Assembly: GCA_043825735.1 (NCBI GenBank)
Contig: JBDRRP010000158.1
Location: 1 to 64,000, forward strand
Direction: 5' to 3'
Source: Pseudomonadota bacterium
Lineage (GTDB): Bacteria; Desulfobacterota; Desulfobacteria; Desulfobacterales; JBDRRP01
DNA: 64,000 bases
Below, one piece after another: positions 21,356 to 31,036 of this stretch (positions are counted from its first letter, which is position 1; each line of letters begins with the position of its first letter). Made by a program: the position numbers and the translations under genes. The notes below the pieces were generated by a model, which was not told where the DNA came from, ran no database searches, and saw only the letters and a list, made by a program, of their open reading frames with translations.

Positions 21356-21538
21356 CATTCGGGCGGCGAAACTGCTGCCGCCCGAACGTGGCATATCTGT
21401 GCTTGTAAAAACTTCAACATATTGTATTTATAATAAAATAATTATATTTTACACTGCAGGCCAAAATGGCGGCAGGATGGTTCTGACCTGGCAATAGGGA
21501 AAAACTTTCCCGATTGCAGGGGAAAAAGATGCCGCTCA

Positions 21539-22601
21539 ATAGGGGCTGTTTCTAAATCAGTGGCCGTCCAGAACGGAAAGGAACATCCAATGCAGCACCT
21601 TCAAAAACGCATCCTCGTGACCGGCGGCGCCGGATTTTTGGGATCCCACCTGTGCGAGCGGCTGGTGGGTGACGGTCACGACGTGCTGTGCGTAGACAAC
21701 TTTTTCACCGGTACCAAGACCAACGTGGCCCACCTTATGGGGCGGCCCAATTTCGAGGTGATGCGCCACGATGTGACTTTCCCCCTCTATGTGGAGGTCG
21801 ACGAGATCTACAACCTGGCCTGCCCGGCATCGCCGGTCCACTATCAGCACGACCCGGTCCAGACCACCAAAACCAGTGTCCACGGCGCCATCAACATGCT
21901 GGGGCTGGCCAAGCGCGTCAAAGCCAAGATTTTTCAAGCCTCCACCAGCGAGGTCTACGGCGACCCCAGCGTCCACCCCCAGCCCGAATCCTATTGGGGA
22001 AACGTCAACCCCATCGGCTTTAGGGCCTGCTACGACGAAGGCAAACGCTGCGCCGAGACCCTGTTTTTCGACTATCACCGCCAGCACGGTCTACGCATCA
22101 AGGTGGGCCGCATTTTCAACACCTACGGCCCCCGGATGCACCCCAACGACGGCCGGGTGGTCTCCAATTTCATCGTTCAGGCATTGAAGGGCGAGCCCAT
22201 CTCCGTATACGGCAATGGTCAACAGACCCGAAGCTTCTGCTACGTGGACGATCTCATCGAGGGATTCATCCGCCTGATGAACACCGAAGATGCCATCACC
22301 GGCCCCGTCAACCTGGGCAACCCCGGCGAGTTCACCATTCTCGAGCTGGCCGAAACCGTCATCCGCCTCACCGGCAGCGCGTCCCGGATCGTCCACAATC
22401 CGTTGCCCCAGGACGACCCGATGCAGCGCAAACCCGATATTTCGCTGGCTCGGAAAATACTGGGATGGGAGCCCGCCATCGCACTCGAACAGGGCCTCGG
22501 TAAAACCATTCCTTTCTTTGAGTCACTTTTGACCGGCACCCGGCCATGACGCCCGCAGGGGTGACGTGAACCGGCAGTGCGCTGAGAGAAACAGCCCCTA
22601 T
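21539..22601. mobile_element. Putative non-autonomous cassette: uxs-like gene bracketed by a perfect 15-bp inverted repeat
   Basis: ATAGGGGCTGTTTCT (21539-21553) and AGAAACAGCCCCTAT (22587-22601) enclose only the SDR gene; no transposase in the window. Confidence 0.5.
21590..22549 (+). CDS. uxs: UDP-glucuronate decarboxylase (UDP-xylose synthase, extended SDR)
   Basis: [69 protein letters not shown] 21590 after an AAGGA RBS. Confidence 0.93.
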   Translation: MQHLQKRILVTGGAGFLGSHLCERLVGDGHDVLCVDNFFTGTKTNVAHLMGRPNFEVMRHDVTFPLYVEVDEIYNLACPASPVHYQHDPVQTTKTSVHGAINMLGLAKRVKAKIFQASTSEVYGDPSVHPQPESYWGNVNPIGFRACYDEGKRCAETLFFDYHRQHGLRIKVGRIFNTYGPRMHPNDGRVVSNFIVQALKGEPISVYGNGQQTRSFCYVDDLIEGFIRLMNTEDAITGPVNLGNPGEFTILELAETVIRLTGSASRIVHNPLPQDDPMQRKPDISLARKILGWEPAIALEQGLGKTIPFFESLLTGTRP

Positions 22602-22695
22602 AACTTATCTCAAAAAAGCCTTACCGCTTATCCAGGAAGCTCAAGCTACAGCCGGGAGCCATTGGAATCGGGAAAAATCACATCACTGCGGCGTT

Positions 22696-22776
22696 CACGG
22701 AGCACACGGATGTTTTTTAACCCAAAAAGACGTTCTCGCGCAGAGGCGCGGAGACGCTGAGAACTCCGTGGTTCAA
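22696..22776. repeat. Degenerate fragments of the same 9-bp-period repeat family
   Basis: cacggagcacacgga ... cgcagaggcgcggagacgctgaga ... ctccgtggttcaa. Confidence 0.5.
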
Positions 22777-22862
22777 CATCACATCGGGCAGAGACCCACT
22801 GGAGCATTCTGCATAAGCGTAAAAGTGTTTTTGCCCCATCCTCCGGAGGCTGACACGTATCT

Positions 22863-22876
22863 GTCAATAAATTGAC
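22863..22876. promoter_or_regulatory. FleQ-type enhancer box
   Basis: GTCAATAAATTGAC, about 60 bp upstream of the 22938 sigma54 site. Confidence 0.65.
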
Positions 22877-22937
22877 TTTCCCCGCAACAGCAAACCTTTC
22901 CCCATCATATCTATTGAGAATTCATAAAGATTAGAGT

Positions 22938-22953
22938 TGGCGTGGTAATTGCT
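22938..22953 (+). promoter_or_regulatory. Sigma54 promoter of the sugar-biosynthesis operon
   Basis: TGGCGTGGTAATTGCT with canonical spacing, preceded by an AT-rich segment. Confidence 0.7.
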
Positions 22954-23123
22954 ACTCATCCTTTCAAATCGGAATGATCCGATGGTTATGGGGCGTGAGC
23001 AATGATCCCTCAGTACGCGCGAAACAAACATGGAAAAAATACCTTACAGGGAAGATTCCTCGTTGCCGCTCGACTTGAGCTCACCGACAAGTCTTGGTGC
23101 GAGAAGTGTCCATCCTATTCGCA

Positions 23124-24014
23124 ATGAAAAATACAAAACCAGTCCATATATCAATTCCTTATAGCCTGCCGGCAATGCCCGCCCGCTGTGAACTCGAGTT
23201 GAGCAGCGCCTGTAACCTGCGGTGTACCTACTGCCCCCGACGATTTCTGGAACCGGGCTCGCGGTTTATTGATTTCGGTCTTTTTTGCAAAATCATCGAT
23301 GAACTGGCGCCTGATCCTAACACCATTCTGACGCTGCATCGCCGCGGTGAGAGCCTGCTTCACCCGCAGTTCAGCGACTGCCTTGAATATGTTCGCGGTA
23401 AATTTACGACCGTCCAACTTGCCACCAACGGCACGCTGTTGAATGATGCCGTTTCAGAGTTGATGATCAAATCGCTTTCCTTCGTCTCCTTTAGCCTCGA
23501 TGCCCCGGAGGCCTACGACCGCACACGCCCGCCGGCCCGCTACCAGGATGTCGAGCGCAAGATCCGCCGTTTTCTTCAGCTCAATAGAGGAAGGGTGCTG
23601 ACTCAGGCCTCAATGGTGAGAACGCCCGAGACGCCCGACACGGATGTGGCGCTGTTCAGGTCGATCTGGGCGGACCGGGTGGATCGCATCCGCATTTACG
23701 AGGAGCATTCGGCTGATGGGCAATTTGGCTCGCTGACCTCAAGCAGATCACAGCGCGTGGCCTGTGCCATGCCGTTTTATGAAATGCTCATCTTTTCTGA
23801 CGGAAAAGTCGGGCGATGCAATCATGACTGGAATGGCGCGCCGCTGGGCGATGCCAATACATCTTCCATTCGGCAGATCTGGCACTCCCGCAGTTACCAT
23901 GAACTGCGATGTCAGCACATGACGCAGCACGTCACCGATGGGGTCTGTAGCCGATGCGATTCCTGGTATCCGGTACCCGGCAGCCAGATGACGGGAGAAA
24001 CATATGAATCCTGA
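23124..24014 (+). CDS. Radical SAM protein with SPASM/twitch domain
   Basis: CNLRCTYC, GESLLHP, ATNGTLL, C-terminal CAMPF...GRCNHD...CSRC; start uncertain (23094, 23124 or 23175). Confidence 0.88.
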   Translation: MKNTKPVHISIPYSLPAMPARCELELSSACNLRCTYCPRRFLEPGSRFIDFGLFCKIIDELAPDPNTILTLHRRGESLLHPQFSDCLEYVRGKFTTVQLATNGTLLNDAVSELMIKSLSFVSFSLDAPEAYDRTRPPARYQDVERKIRRFLQLNRGRVLTQASMVRTPETPDTDVALFRSIWADRVDRIRIYEEHSADGQFGSLTSSRSQRVACAMPFYEMLIFSDGKVGRCNHDWNGAPLGDANTSSIRQIWHSRSYHELRCQHMTQHVTDGVCSRCDSWYPVPGSQMTGETYES

Positions 24015-25140
24015 ACCAGAGCGTATTCCTTTCGCCAAACCGTCCGTTTCCGATGACGAGATCGCTGCCGTTGCGGAAGTGCTTCGTTCGGGATGGTGGA
24101 CCACAGGGCCCAAAGTAACTGAATTTGAGGAAGCGGTGTGCCGCTATCTGGGTGCAGGCATGTCTGCCGTGGCTGTCAATTCCTGCACCGCCGGCCTTTT
24201 TCTGGCGTTGAAGGCCCTGGGCATCGGTCCCGGCGACCAGGTGATCGTGCCGACCTGGACCTTTGCGGCGACAGCCCAGGTGGTGGAATGGGCCGGCGCC
24301 GAGGTGGTGCTTTGCGACATCGATGCCGGCACGCTCAATATCGATATTGAGAAGGCCGCCCGGCTCGTTACCCCGGCCACTCGTGCGATAATCCCCGTGC
24401 ATATGGCCGGCTACCCCTGCGATATGACGCCGCTCATGGATCTGGCCCGGGGCCGCCGCCTGCATGTCATCGAAGACGCCGCGCATGCCATGGGCGCCCG
24501 GTACAACGGTGAGTTGGTCGGCTCCCTCGGCCCCGTAACGGTGTTCAGTTTTTACGCCACCAAGAATCTGGCCTGCGGGGAAGGGGGAATGGTGGTCACC
24601 GCCGATACCGCCCTGGCCGAACGCATTCGGCGGTTGAGTTATTTCGGCATCGACAAGCAGGCCTGGCGACAATATCCGCAGCGGGAGCCGTGGTATTACG
24701 AAATCGTCGAACTGGGATACAAATTCAACATGGACAGTCTGCACGCCGCGATCGGTCTGGTTCAGCTGAAAAAACTGGACCGGATGAACGCCCGCCGGCG
24801 GGAGATCGCGGCGCTGTATCGCTCCCGGTTGACGTCGATGCGCTTTTTTGAAGACCGCGCGGATCATTTTCACACCTATCACCTTCTGCTGGGAATGCTG
24901 CCCGGGCACATCGACCGCGACCGGTTCCTGGGCGATCTCAACGCCCGACGAATCGGCACCGGGGTGCACTATATGCCGCTCCACCTGCATCCCCACTATC
25001 GAAACCGGCATGACCCGGACGGGTTCCCGGTGGCCACCGGCATTTTTCAACGGATCGTTTCTCTGCCTATGTTCCCGGACATGACAGATGACCAGGTGTC
25101 GCGGGTGTGCGACACCATCGGCGAATGGATGGAACCGTAA
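24004..25140 (+). CDS. DegT/DnrJ/EryC1/StrS PLP-dependent sugar aminotransferase (PseC/SpsC-like)
   Basis: VNSCTAGL, PVHMAG, IEDAAHAMG, FSFYATKNLACGEGG, GYKFNM. Confidence 0.92.
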   Translation: MNPEPERIPFAKPSVSDDEIAAVAEVLRSGWWTTGPKVTEFEEAVCRYLGAGMSAVAVNSCTAGLFLALKALGIGPGDQVIVPTWTFAATAQVVEWAGAEVVLCDIDAGTLNIDIEKAARLVTPATRAIIPVHMAGYPCDMTPLMDLARGRRLHVIEDAAHAMGARYNGELVGSLGPVTVFSFYATKNLACGEGGMVVTADTALAERIRRLSYFGIDKQAWRQYPQREPWYYEIVELGYKFNMDSLHAAIGLVQLKKLDRMNARRREIAALYRSRLTSMRFFEDRADHFHTYHLLLGMLPGHIDRDRFLGDLNARRIGTGVHYMPLHLHPHYRNRHDPDGFPVATGIFQRIVSLPMFPDMTDDQVSRVCDTIGEWMEP

Positions 25141-25143
25141 GCC

Positions 25144-26475
25144 ATGACCATGATCAGTCAATTGAATACCTGTGGGCAGGTGGCCGTGTGGGGGATCGGC
25201 TACCTGGGCTACACCACCTTGTTGCGATGTCACCGGTTCGGTCTGAAAACCCATGTGTGGGCGCCGGAAGGCGATCACCTGGCGCTCTTGCGACAGGGGC
25301 TGTATCCGCCGCGCGAGATCCAGATGGCCTGGTCGGAAATCGGGTCGGTGCCGGCACTGGATCTTCGGCAGGCTGTGATCTGCGATTCTCCGGAAGAAGT
25401 CCTGAAAAAAGAGATTTCCGTGCACATCGTCGCGCTGCCGAACACCACGGCCAAAGGCGAGAACGGCCACCGCGTGTGGCACGAAATCGCCGGCGTGCTG
25501 CGCCGTCATGCATCGAAGGATCGACCGATATTGATCCTGCTGATGTCGGCGCCGATCCCCGGCGATACGGTGCTGTTTCTCAACGCCCTGGGCGAAGTGA
25601 ACCGATGGGCGCGTGTCGTCAGCGCATTTCGCTCGGACTGGGTGGTCGAAGATTACCTGTACCGTCCCGCCATTCAGGCCCTTGGCGGCGATGACGACGC
25701 CCTGAAGTGGGGCAAGGCGTTTCTCGACCGGCTGGAAGTGGACACCTTCCGCATCGGATCCCACCATGACGCGGAACTCTACCAGGCCGCCCTTGGCAGT
25801 TTCGACTGCCTGGTATCGGCGTTTGTCAATCAGCTCTCTTTTGCCTACCCGGAAAATGACATCCGGCGTATCGCGGCGGCGGTGCTCCGCAGTTGCCAGC
25901 TCAGACGGATCCGGCCGACCATCGGCATCGGTGGCGAACAGGTGATGACGGGCGTTGAACACCTGTTCCGGGGATCGGACTACAACGAGCTGCTTTCAAT
26001 CATGAAGGAGGCTCAGGCGTTCAACCTGTCGTCCATCCTTTCCTATGCGGATTTCCTGGCACGGCGGGGCGTCAGACGCGTGGGCATCCTGGGAATCACG
26101 CCCCAGGCCGACAACCGGAACCTGGCCTATTCGCCATCGCTGCTGCTGGCCGAAGCACTCATAAAGCGACGGATGCGGGTATTTGTCCATGACCCCTATT
26201 TTACCAACACGACCATTCGGGAGCTGCTTTCCGGCGTTGAACTCCTTCGCCTGGACGAGCCGGCCGAGGCGTGGCCGCTGGATGCCGGCGATGCCGTCGT
26301 GCTGATGACGCCCCACCGCCATTACCGGGAGATGAACCAAAAAGATATGGAAAAACGGATATGCCGGCATCCGGGACTGGTGATCGACAATACCGGTCTG
26401 TGGCAGCGATTCGCGTTCCCGTGCCACACGCACTACCACTATGTCGGCAGCGGGACGGTCAACGTCAATGGCTGA
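25144..26475 (+). CDS. Divergent nucleotide-sugar (UDP-glucose/GDP-mannose) dehydrogenase-family protein
   Basis: VWGIGYLG Rossmann motif; AFVNQLS, PTIGIGG, VGILGIT...YSPS, VHDPY, MTPHRHY, VIDNTG follow the UDPG_MGDP_dh layout, but the catalytic Lys and Cys are not evident. Confidence 0.7.
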   Translation: MTMISQLNTCGQVAVWGIGYLGYTTLLRCHRFGLKTHVWAPEGDHLALLRQGLYPPREIQMAWSEIGSVPALDLRQAVICDSPEEVLKKEISVHIVALPNTTAKGENGHRVWHEIAGVLRRHASKDRPILILLMSAPIPGDTVLFLNALGEVNRWARVVSAFRSDWVVEDYLYRPAIQALGGDDDALKWGKAFLDRLEVDTFRIGSHHDAELYQAALGSFDCLVSAFVNQLSFAYPENDIRRIAAAVLRSCQLRRIRPTIGIGGEQVMTGVEHLFRGSDYNELLSIMKEAQAFNLSSILSYADFLARRGVRRVGILGITPQADNRNLAYSPSLLLAEALIKRRMRVFVHDPYFTNTTIRELLSGVELLRLDEPAEAWPLDAGDAVVLMTPHRHYREMNQKDMEKRICRHPGLVIDNTGLWQRFAFPCHTHYHYVGSGTVNVNG

Positions 26476-26506
26476 GTGACTCAGCGAACTGAAGAGATGC
26501 ACGATC

Positions 26507-28276
26507 ATGTGTGGAATCGCAGGTTTCATATCCAGCAACGTTGAATACGACAGCGGCGGTATCGTTCGTCGTATGCTGGACCACATCACCTATCGTGGGC
26601 CAGACCAGATCGGTATAGGGCAATACGGCTCCTGTACCATGGGTATGGTCCGGCTGAGCATCTGCGATACTGCCAAACATGAAATCCCCATCGGGGATGC
26701 CGGTGGAAAGCGGCGCATTGTTTACAACGGTGAAATATACAATGCGGAGAACATCCGGCGGTCTCTGAAGAACCAAATGCCCTTGAGAACCCGGTCGGAT
26801 GCCGAGATCGCCCTGAGAAGCTATGGGGAAAAGGGGATAGACGCCCTTAAGGATTTCAACGGGATGTACGCCCTGGCCATTTGGGACGGGGTGGCCGATG
26901 AGGTGATCGTGGCAAGGGACAAGGTCGGTGAAAAGCCGATCTATTATGTCCAGGGGCGGGACTTCTTCGCTTTTGCCAGTGAGATGAAATGTCTTCTCGA
27001 AGTGGTTGAACCGGAACTCAATACCGAGGCGTATTCCTACTGGGCGTTTGAATTCACCTGCGGGAAAGAGACGCTGTTCAAGCACATCTTTGCATTGGAA
27101 CCCGGTGAGTTTATCCGGATAGCGGATGGACGGGTAACGATTCTCAGCTACTGGAAAATCTGGGACAATCTCATCGACGTGCCCGCTGATTACCAGCGGG
27201 TGAAAAAAGATCTGACCGAGTTGATCTATGATGCGGTAACGCTTCGCACCAATAATTGTGCCCATTCCTACGGCGTCCTGATCAGTGGCGGTCTCGACAG
27301 CGCCCTGGTGGCCTGCATCACCAAACCGGATGTGCTGTTTACGTGCCATTACGATCTGGGAAAAGATTTCGACGAGCTGGCCTATGCGCAGCTGGTGGCG
27401 AAAAAGGTCGGCAGGGAGCTGATCGTCATCGAACCCACGCCGGAAGACTTTCTGCGCACCGAGAAAGACATCGCCTACCATCTGGACACCCCGTGCACGT
27501 GGACCAGCTTCAGCTGGTGGATGCTGATGGAAGCGGTCAGTCGGCACGTGAAAGTGGTCATGACCGGCGACGGTGCCGATGAAGCATTCGGAGGATACCA
27601 CCGCTATCTGCTGCTGCACCATGATGAGCAGATCCACAAAATGGATGCCATGGCGCAATACGCATACCTTATCGATCGCTACTATGGGTCTCCTGTAGAG
27701 CGGTATGCAAAGCTCATCAGCCGATGCGAAAACCAGCACATGGATGAGGTGCGGGACTACGTCACCCACCTGGCCGGATCCTATTTTTCAAAAATGAACG
27801 GGGATATCGTCCATTCCATGGGGATCACCGATGTTTACTCCACCATGCAAGTGCTGCTGCAAATGTCCGACCGGATGAGCATGGCATTCGGCGTCGAGAA
27901 TCGATCCCCGTTTTTGGATCACCGATTGCTTCAATACGCATTCAGCATGTCATCGGAATTCAAGATCAAAAATGGTGTTACCAAGACGGTTTTAAAAGAT
28001 ATCGCGCGGGAATTCATCCCGGCGGCGATTGCCGACCGCATCGACAAGCGCGGGTTCAGTGCCCCCATCAACCGGTGGTTCGGGTTGGAAAAGCACGGCA
28101 AGTACAACCGGACCTTTTACCGCAAACGCGTATTTGAAGCCTGGGAGCAACTGTTTGTGCGCGGCCGCCGGCGGCAAATACTGCCAGAATATCCAAAAGC
28201 GGAACATCCGCTATCGTTGTATTTCGCAAATGGAAAGCGACAGCACTATGCAGCAGCAGGTCACCATCATTGCTGA
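26507..28276 (+). CDS. asnB: Asparagine synthase (glutamine-hydrolysing)-family amidotransferase, probably glycan amidation
   Basis: N-terminal MCGIAG Ntn Cys, YNGEIYN, SGGLDS, TGDGADE, ENRSPFLD, KRGF. Confidence 0.92.
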   Translation: MCGIAGFISSNVEYDSGGIVRRMLDHITYRGPDQIGIGQYGSCTMGMVRLSICDTAKHEIPIGDAGGKRRIVYNGEIYNAENIRRSLKNQMPLRTRSDAEIALRSYGEKGIDALKDFNGMYALAIWDGVADEVIVARDKVGEKPIYYVQGRDFFAFASEMKCLLEVVEPELNTEAYSYWAFEFTCGKETLFKHIFALEPGEFIRIADGRVTILSYWKIWDNLIDVPADYQRVKKDLTELIYDAVTLRTNNCAHSYGVLISGGLDSALVACITKPDVLFTCHYDLGKDFDELAYAQLVAKKVGRELIVIEPTPEDFLRTEKDIAYHLDTPCTWTSFSWWMLMEAVSRHVKVVMTGDGADEAFGGYHRYLLLHHDEQIHKMDAMAQYAYLIDRYYGSPVERYAKLISRCENQHMDEVRDYVTHLAGSYFSKMNGDIVHSMGITDVYSTMQVLLQMSDRMSMAFGVENRSPFLDHRLLQYAFSMSSEFKIKNGVTKTVLKDIAREFIPAAIADRIDKRGFSAPINRWFGLEKHGKYNRTFYRKRVFEAWEQLFVRGRRRQILPEYPKAEHPLSLYFANGKRQHYAAAGHHHC

Positions 28277-29318
28277 GATCGGCATCAATTTCAACGGCCG
28301 CATCGAAAACTGCCTCCGGCTCATCGACACCGCTGCCGATGCCGGATGCAATGCCGCAAAGTTCCAGGTTTTCACCGCTGCAGGGCTGTATCCGAAATCC
28401 GCCGGCAAACTTTCATGGAAAGACGCCGGCGGCGCGTATCAGTATGATATTTTTGAGGCCGTGCAGCGCAACGAGCTTCCCAGGGAATGGGTTCCGGAGT
28501 TGAAAGCATACTGCCGGGAGAGACGCATTGATTTTCTGGCCTCGGCCTTCAGCGAAGACGATGCGCAGTTTCTGGTGGAAAGTGGCGTCGGGGCCTTGAA
28601 GATCTCTTCGTCTTCGGTGACCCATCTGCCCCTGATCGACGCCTGCGCCGCCTTCGGCGTGCCGCTGATCGTCTCCACCGGCGGCAGCCGGCTTGGCGAG
28701 GTCGAAGACGTGGTGGATACGGTCTTTCGCCATCATGACAACCTCACGCTGCTGCACTGCTCACTTGAGTACCCGACACGGCCGGAAAACTGTCACCTGG
28801 GTGTGATCCGAACGCTGGCGATGGCCTTCCCCCAGGTGCGCATCGGCTATTCGGACCACACCGCCGAGGCGACGGCCGCACCGGCGCTGGCGGTCGCCCT
28901 CGGGGCGTGCGTCATCGAAAAACACATCACGCTGGACAGGCGCATGCCCGGGCCGGACCATTTTTTCGCCTTGGATCCCGATGATCTTTCGGCCATGGTG
29001 GCGGCGGTGCGTGCCGCCGAGGTTGCGCTGGCCGGCGGCGATCCATCACAGATCGATCCGATTCTCTACGGCGGCACCGCCAAACGCGTCGGCGGCCAAG
29101 AGAAATACCTTCGCGATTTCGTTTCCAATCAGCTCTTCGCCAAACGCGCCATCGCTAAAGGAGAGATCATCACCGCCGATGACCTTGCGGTGCTGCGCCG
29201 GGGAGAAAAGGGTGCGGGGTTGGCTCCCAAATACCGCTCCTTGTTTGTCGAGCACCCGATATGCGCCAAAAGAGACATCGAAAAGGAAGCACCGCTCGAC
29301 TGGGAGTGCATCTTATGA
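28248..29318 (+). CDS. neuB: Nonulosonic-acid synthase (NeuB/PseI/LegI/SpsE family) with C-terminal SAF domain
   Basis: IIAEIGIN, AKFQ, KISS, LLHC..YP, GYSDHT, IEKHITLD, GPDH, SAF tail FAKRAIAKGE; start 28248 or 28230. Confidence 0.9.
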   Translation: MQQQVTIIAEIGINFNGRIENCLRLIDTAADAGCNAAKFQVFTAAGLYPKSAGKLSWKDAGGAYQYDIFEAVQRNELPREWVPELKAYCRERRIDFLASAFSEDDAQFLVESGVGALKISSSSVTHLPLIDACAAFGVPLIVSTGGSRLGEVEDVVDTVFRHHDNLTLLHCSLEYPTRPENCHLGVIRTLAMAFPQVRIGYSDHTAEATAAPALAVALGACVIEKHITLDRRMPGPDHFFALDPDDLSAMVAAVRAAEVALAGGDPSQIDPILYGGTAKRVGGQEKYLRDFVSNQLFAKRAIAKGEIITADDLAVLRRGEKGAGLAPKYRSLFVEHPICAKRDIEKEAPLDWECIL

Positions 29319-30370
29319 TTCGCATGTTGCTGCGCGCAGATGCCTATCCCGCCATCGGTACCGGCGATCTCATGAGTCTGATCCACTTCTCCCGTCATCC
29401 GCGGGTGATCGCCGCCGGGTGGGAATGCCACTTTATGATACGCGATCACCGGGTCGCACGGGATCTGCTTGAACGGCGGCAGGTGGCCAACGTGCAGGTG
29501 ATTGCGGCCCAGAGCGCCACGGCCCAAGAAACGCGCGCCGTTGCAAGGTACTCGGCCGACCATGGCATCGACGCAGTGCTTTTTGAAATCACCGACCGTC
29601 GGCTTGACACCTTCGATCTTTCCGGTGTCGATGCGGTACTCGGAGCCGTCGATTTTTACAGCTGGATTCCAAAAGGCCTCGATCTGGTGGTGAACTGGGA
29701 TACGGAGGCCGCCGGTCGCTACCGAGCGAAGGACTATCCCGGCACCGATTTTTTTCTTGGCCCCGAGTACGTTTTCCTGGCCCCTGATTTTCTCGCCGGT
29801 CACCGGCGTTGGCAACCGGCGGCGATTGACCGACGCCCCATTGTGGTGGCCATGGGCGGGGCCGACGAATTCGACCTGACCGGCCGGATTCTTTCTGAGC
29901 TGATCCCTCAGTCGCCACCGGAGACATCGTTTACAGCGATTGTCGGGGCCGGCTACGACCATTTGGACAAACTGCAGGTGCTGGCCGGGCGCGCGGGCGC
30001 CCGTTTGACCGTCAAGCGCAATGTCACTGACATGTGCGGCGAATTTCTTGGCGCGCGCCATGTCTTTGGCGCGGGAGGGCTGACCGCCTACGAACTGGTC
30101 GCCACCGGTACCCCGTGCAGCCTCGTGGCCTGCTACGAGCACCAGATTCACCGGTGCCGCACCTTTGCAGAGAAGGGATTGGCCCGATACCTGGGATACC
30201 GGGCGTCGATGGCGCCCATCGAGATGCCGCCGCCGGCAGTGTTGCCGGTCGGGTCGGCAGGGTTTCTCTCGCGGCTGGATCGACTGGTGTCGTCGCTGGA
30301 GGAAAAGGTAATGAAAAGACGTTTGAAAACGGCTGCGCTGAGACCGCGGGCCGCGGAGGTGCGCCCATGA
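29315..30370 (+). CDS. PseG/SpsG-like nucleotide-sugar hydrolase (GT-B fold)
   Basis: LRADAYPAIGTG, LGPEYVFL, AMGGAD, AGGLTAYEL, EHQ; ATGA overlap with the neuB stop. Confidence 0.75.
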   Translation: MIRMLLRADAYPAIGTGDLMSLIHFSRHPRVIAAGWECHFMIRDHRVARDLLERRQVANVQVIAAQSATAQETRAVARYSADHGIDAVLFEITDRRLDTFDLSGVDAVLGAVDFYSWIPKGLDLVVNWDTEAAGRYRAKDYPGTDFFLGPEYVFLAPDFLAGHRRWQPAAIDRRPIVVAMGGADEFDLTGRILSELIPQSPPETSFTAIVGAGYDHLDKLQVLAGRAGARLTVKRNVTDMCGEFLGARHVFGAGGLTAYELVATGTPCSLVACYEHQIHRCRTFAEKGLARYLGYRASMAPIEMPPPAVLPVGSAGFLSRLDRLVSSLEEKVMKRRLKTAALRPRAAEVRP

Positions 30371-31032
30371 CATCGATACTCATCGTTGCCGCCCATCCCG
30401 ATGACGAAGTCCTCGGCTGCGGCGGCCTCATCGCCCGGGAAAGCCGGCAGGGCGCCCAATGCCATGTGCTGATTCTCACCGATGGCAGCGGGGGGCGCTA
30501 CGATGCAGCCACCGCCGCCGCGCATCGGCAAAACACCGAAAAGGCCAACCGGATTTTGGGCAGCGCCGCAGTGATCCGGGAGGACTTTCCCAACCAGGGG
30601 ATGGAAACGGTCCCGGTGACCCGCATCGCCCGGTGCATCGAGGCGCACCTGGAACGGATTCGTCCAGAGGCGGTCTACACCCACCACCACGGCGATCTCA
30701 ACCGGGACCACCGTATTGCCTGCGAGGCCACCCTGGTGGCCTGCCGCCCTTATCCGGGACAGTGCGTGCGCAGTCTTTACAGCTACAACGTCCCGTCGTC
30801 GACCGAGTGGAACGCCGTGAGCCGTGAGACGGTTTTTGTGCCCAACGTGTTCGTGGACATCACCGACACCCTGGACCGGAAGATCGCTGCCCTCGGCGCC
30901 TATGACACCGAAGGGCATCCTTTTCCCCATCCACGCAGCCCCGAAGGCCTCCGGAGCCATGCCCGCTATTGGGGACTGACCGTCGGGCTGGCCGATGCCG
31001 AGCCGTTCCAGCTCCTGAGAAAGATCCGGTGA
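30367..31032 (+). CDS. PIG-L/LmbE-family N-deacetylase
   Basis: AAHPDDE, THHHGDLNRDH, PSSTEW, FPHPRS, AEPF; ATGA overlap. Confidence 0.9.
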   Translation: MTSILIVAAHPDDEVLGCGGLIARESRQGAQCHVLILTDGSGGRYDAATAAAHRQNTEKANRILGSAAVIREDFPNQGMETVPVTRIARCIEAHLERIRPEAVYTHHHGDLNRDHRIACEATLVACRPYPGQCVRSLYSYNVPSSTEWNAVSRETVFVPNVFVDITDTLDRKIAALGAYDTEGHPFPHPRSPEGLRSHARYWGLTVGLADAEPFQLLRKIR

Positions 31033-31036
31033 TGCC

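Noticed and set aside
21389..21403. Plus-strand TGGCATATCTGTGCT as a sigma54 promoter for uxs
   Set aside because: GG-to-GC spacing is one base short of the strict -24/-12 geometry
12734..22776. CGCAGAG and related short repeats as a CRISPR array
   Set aside because: Units are 9 bp, contiguous and inverted, with no unique spacers and no cas genes
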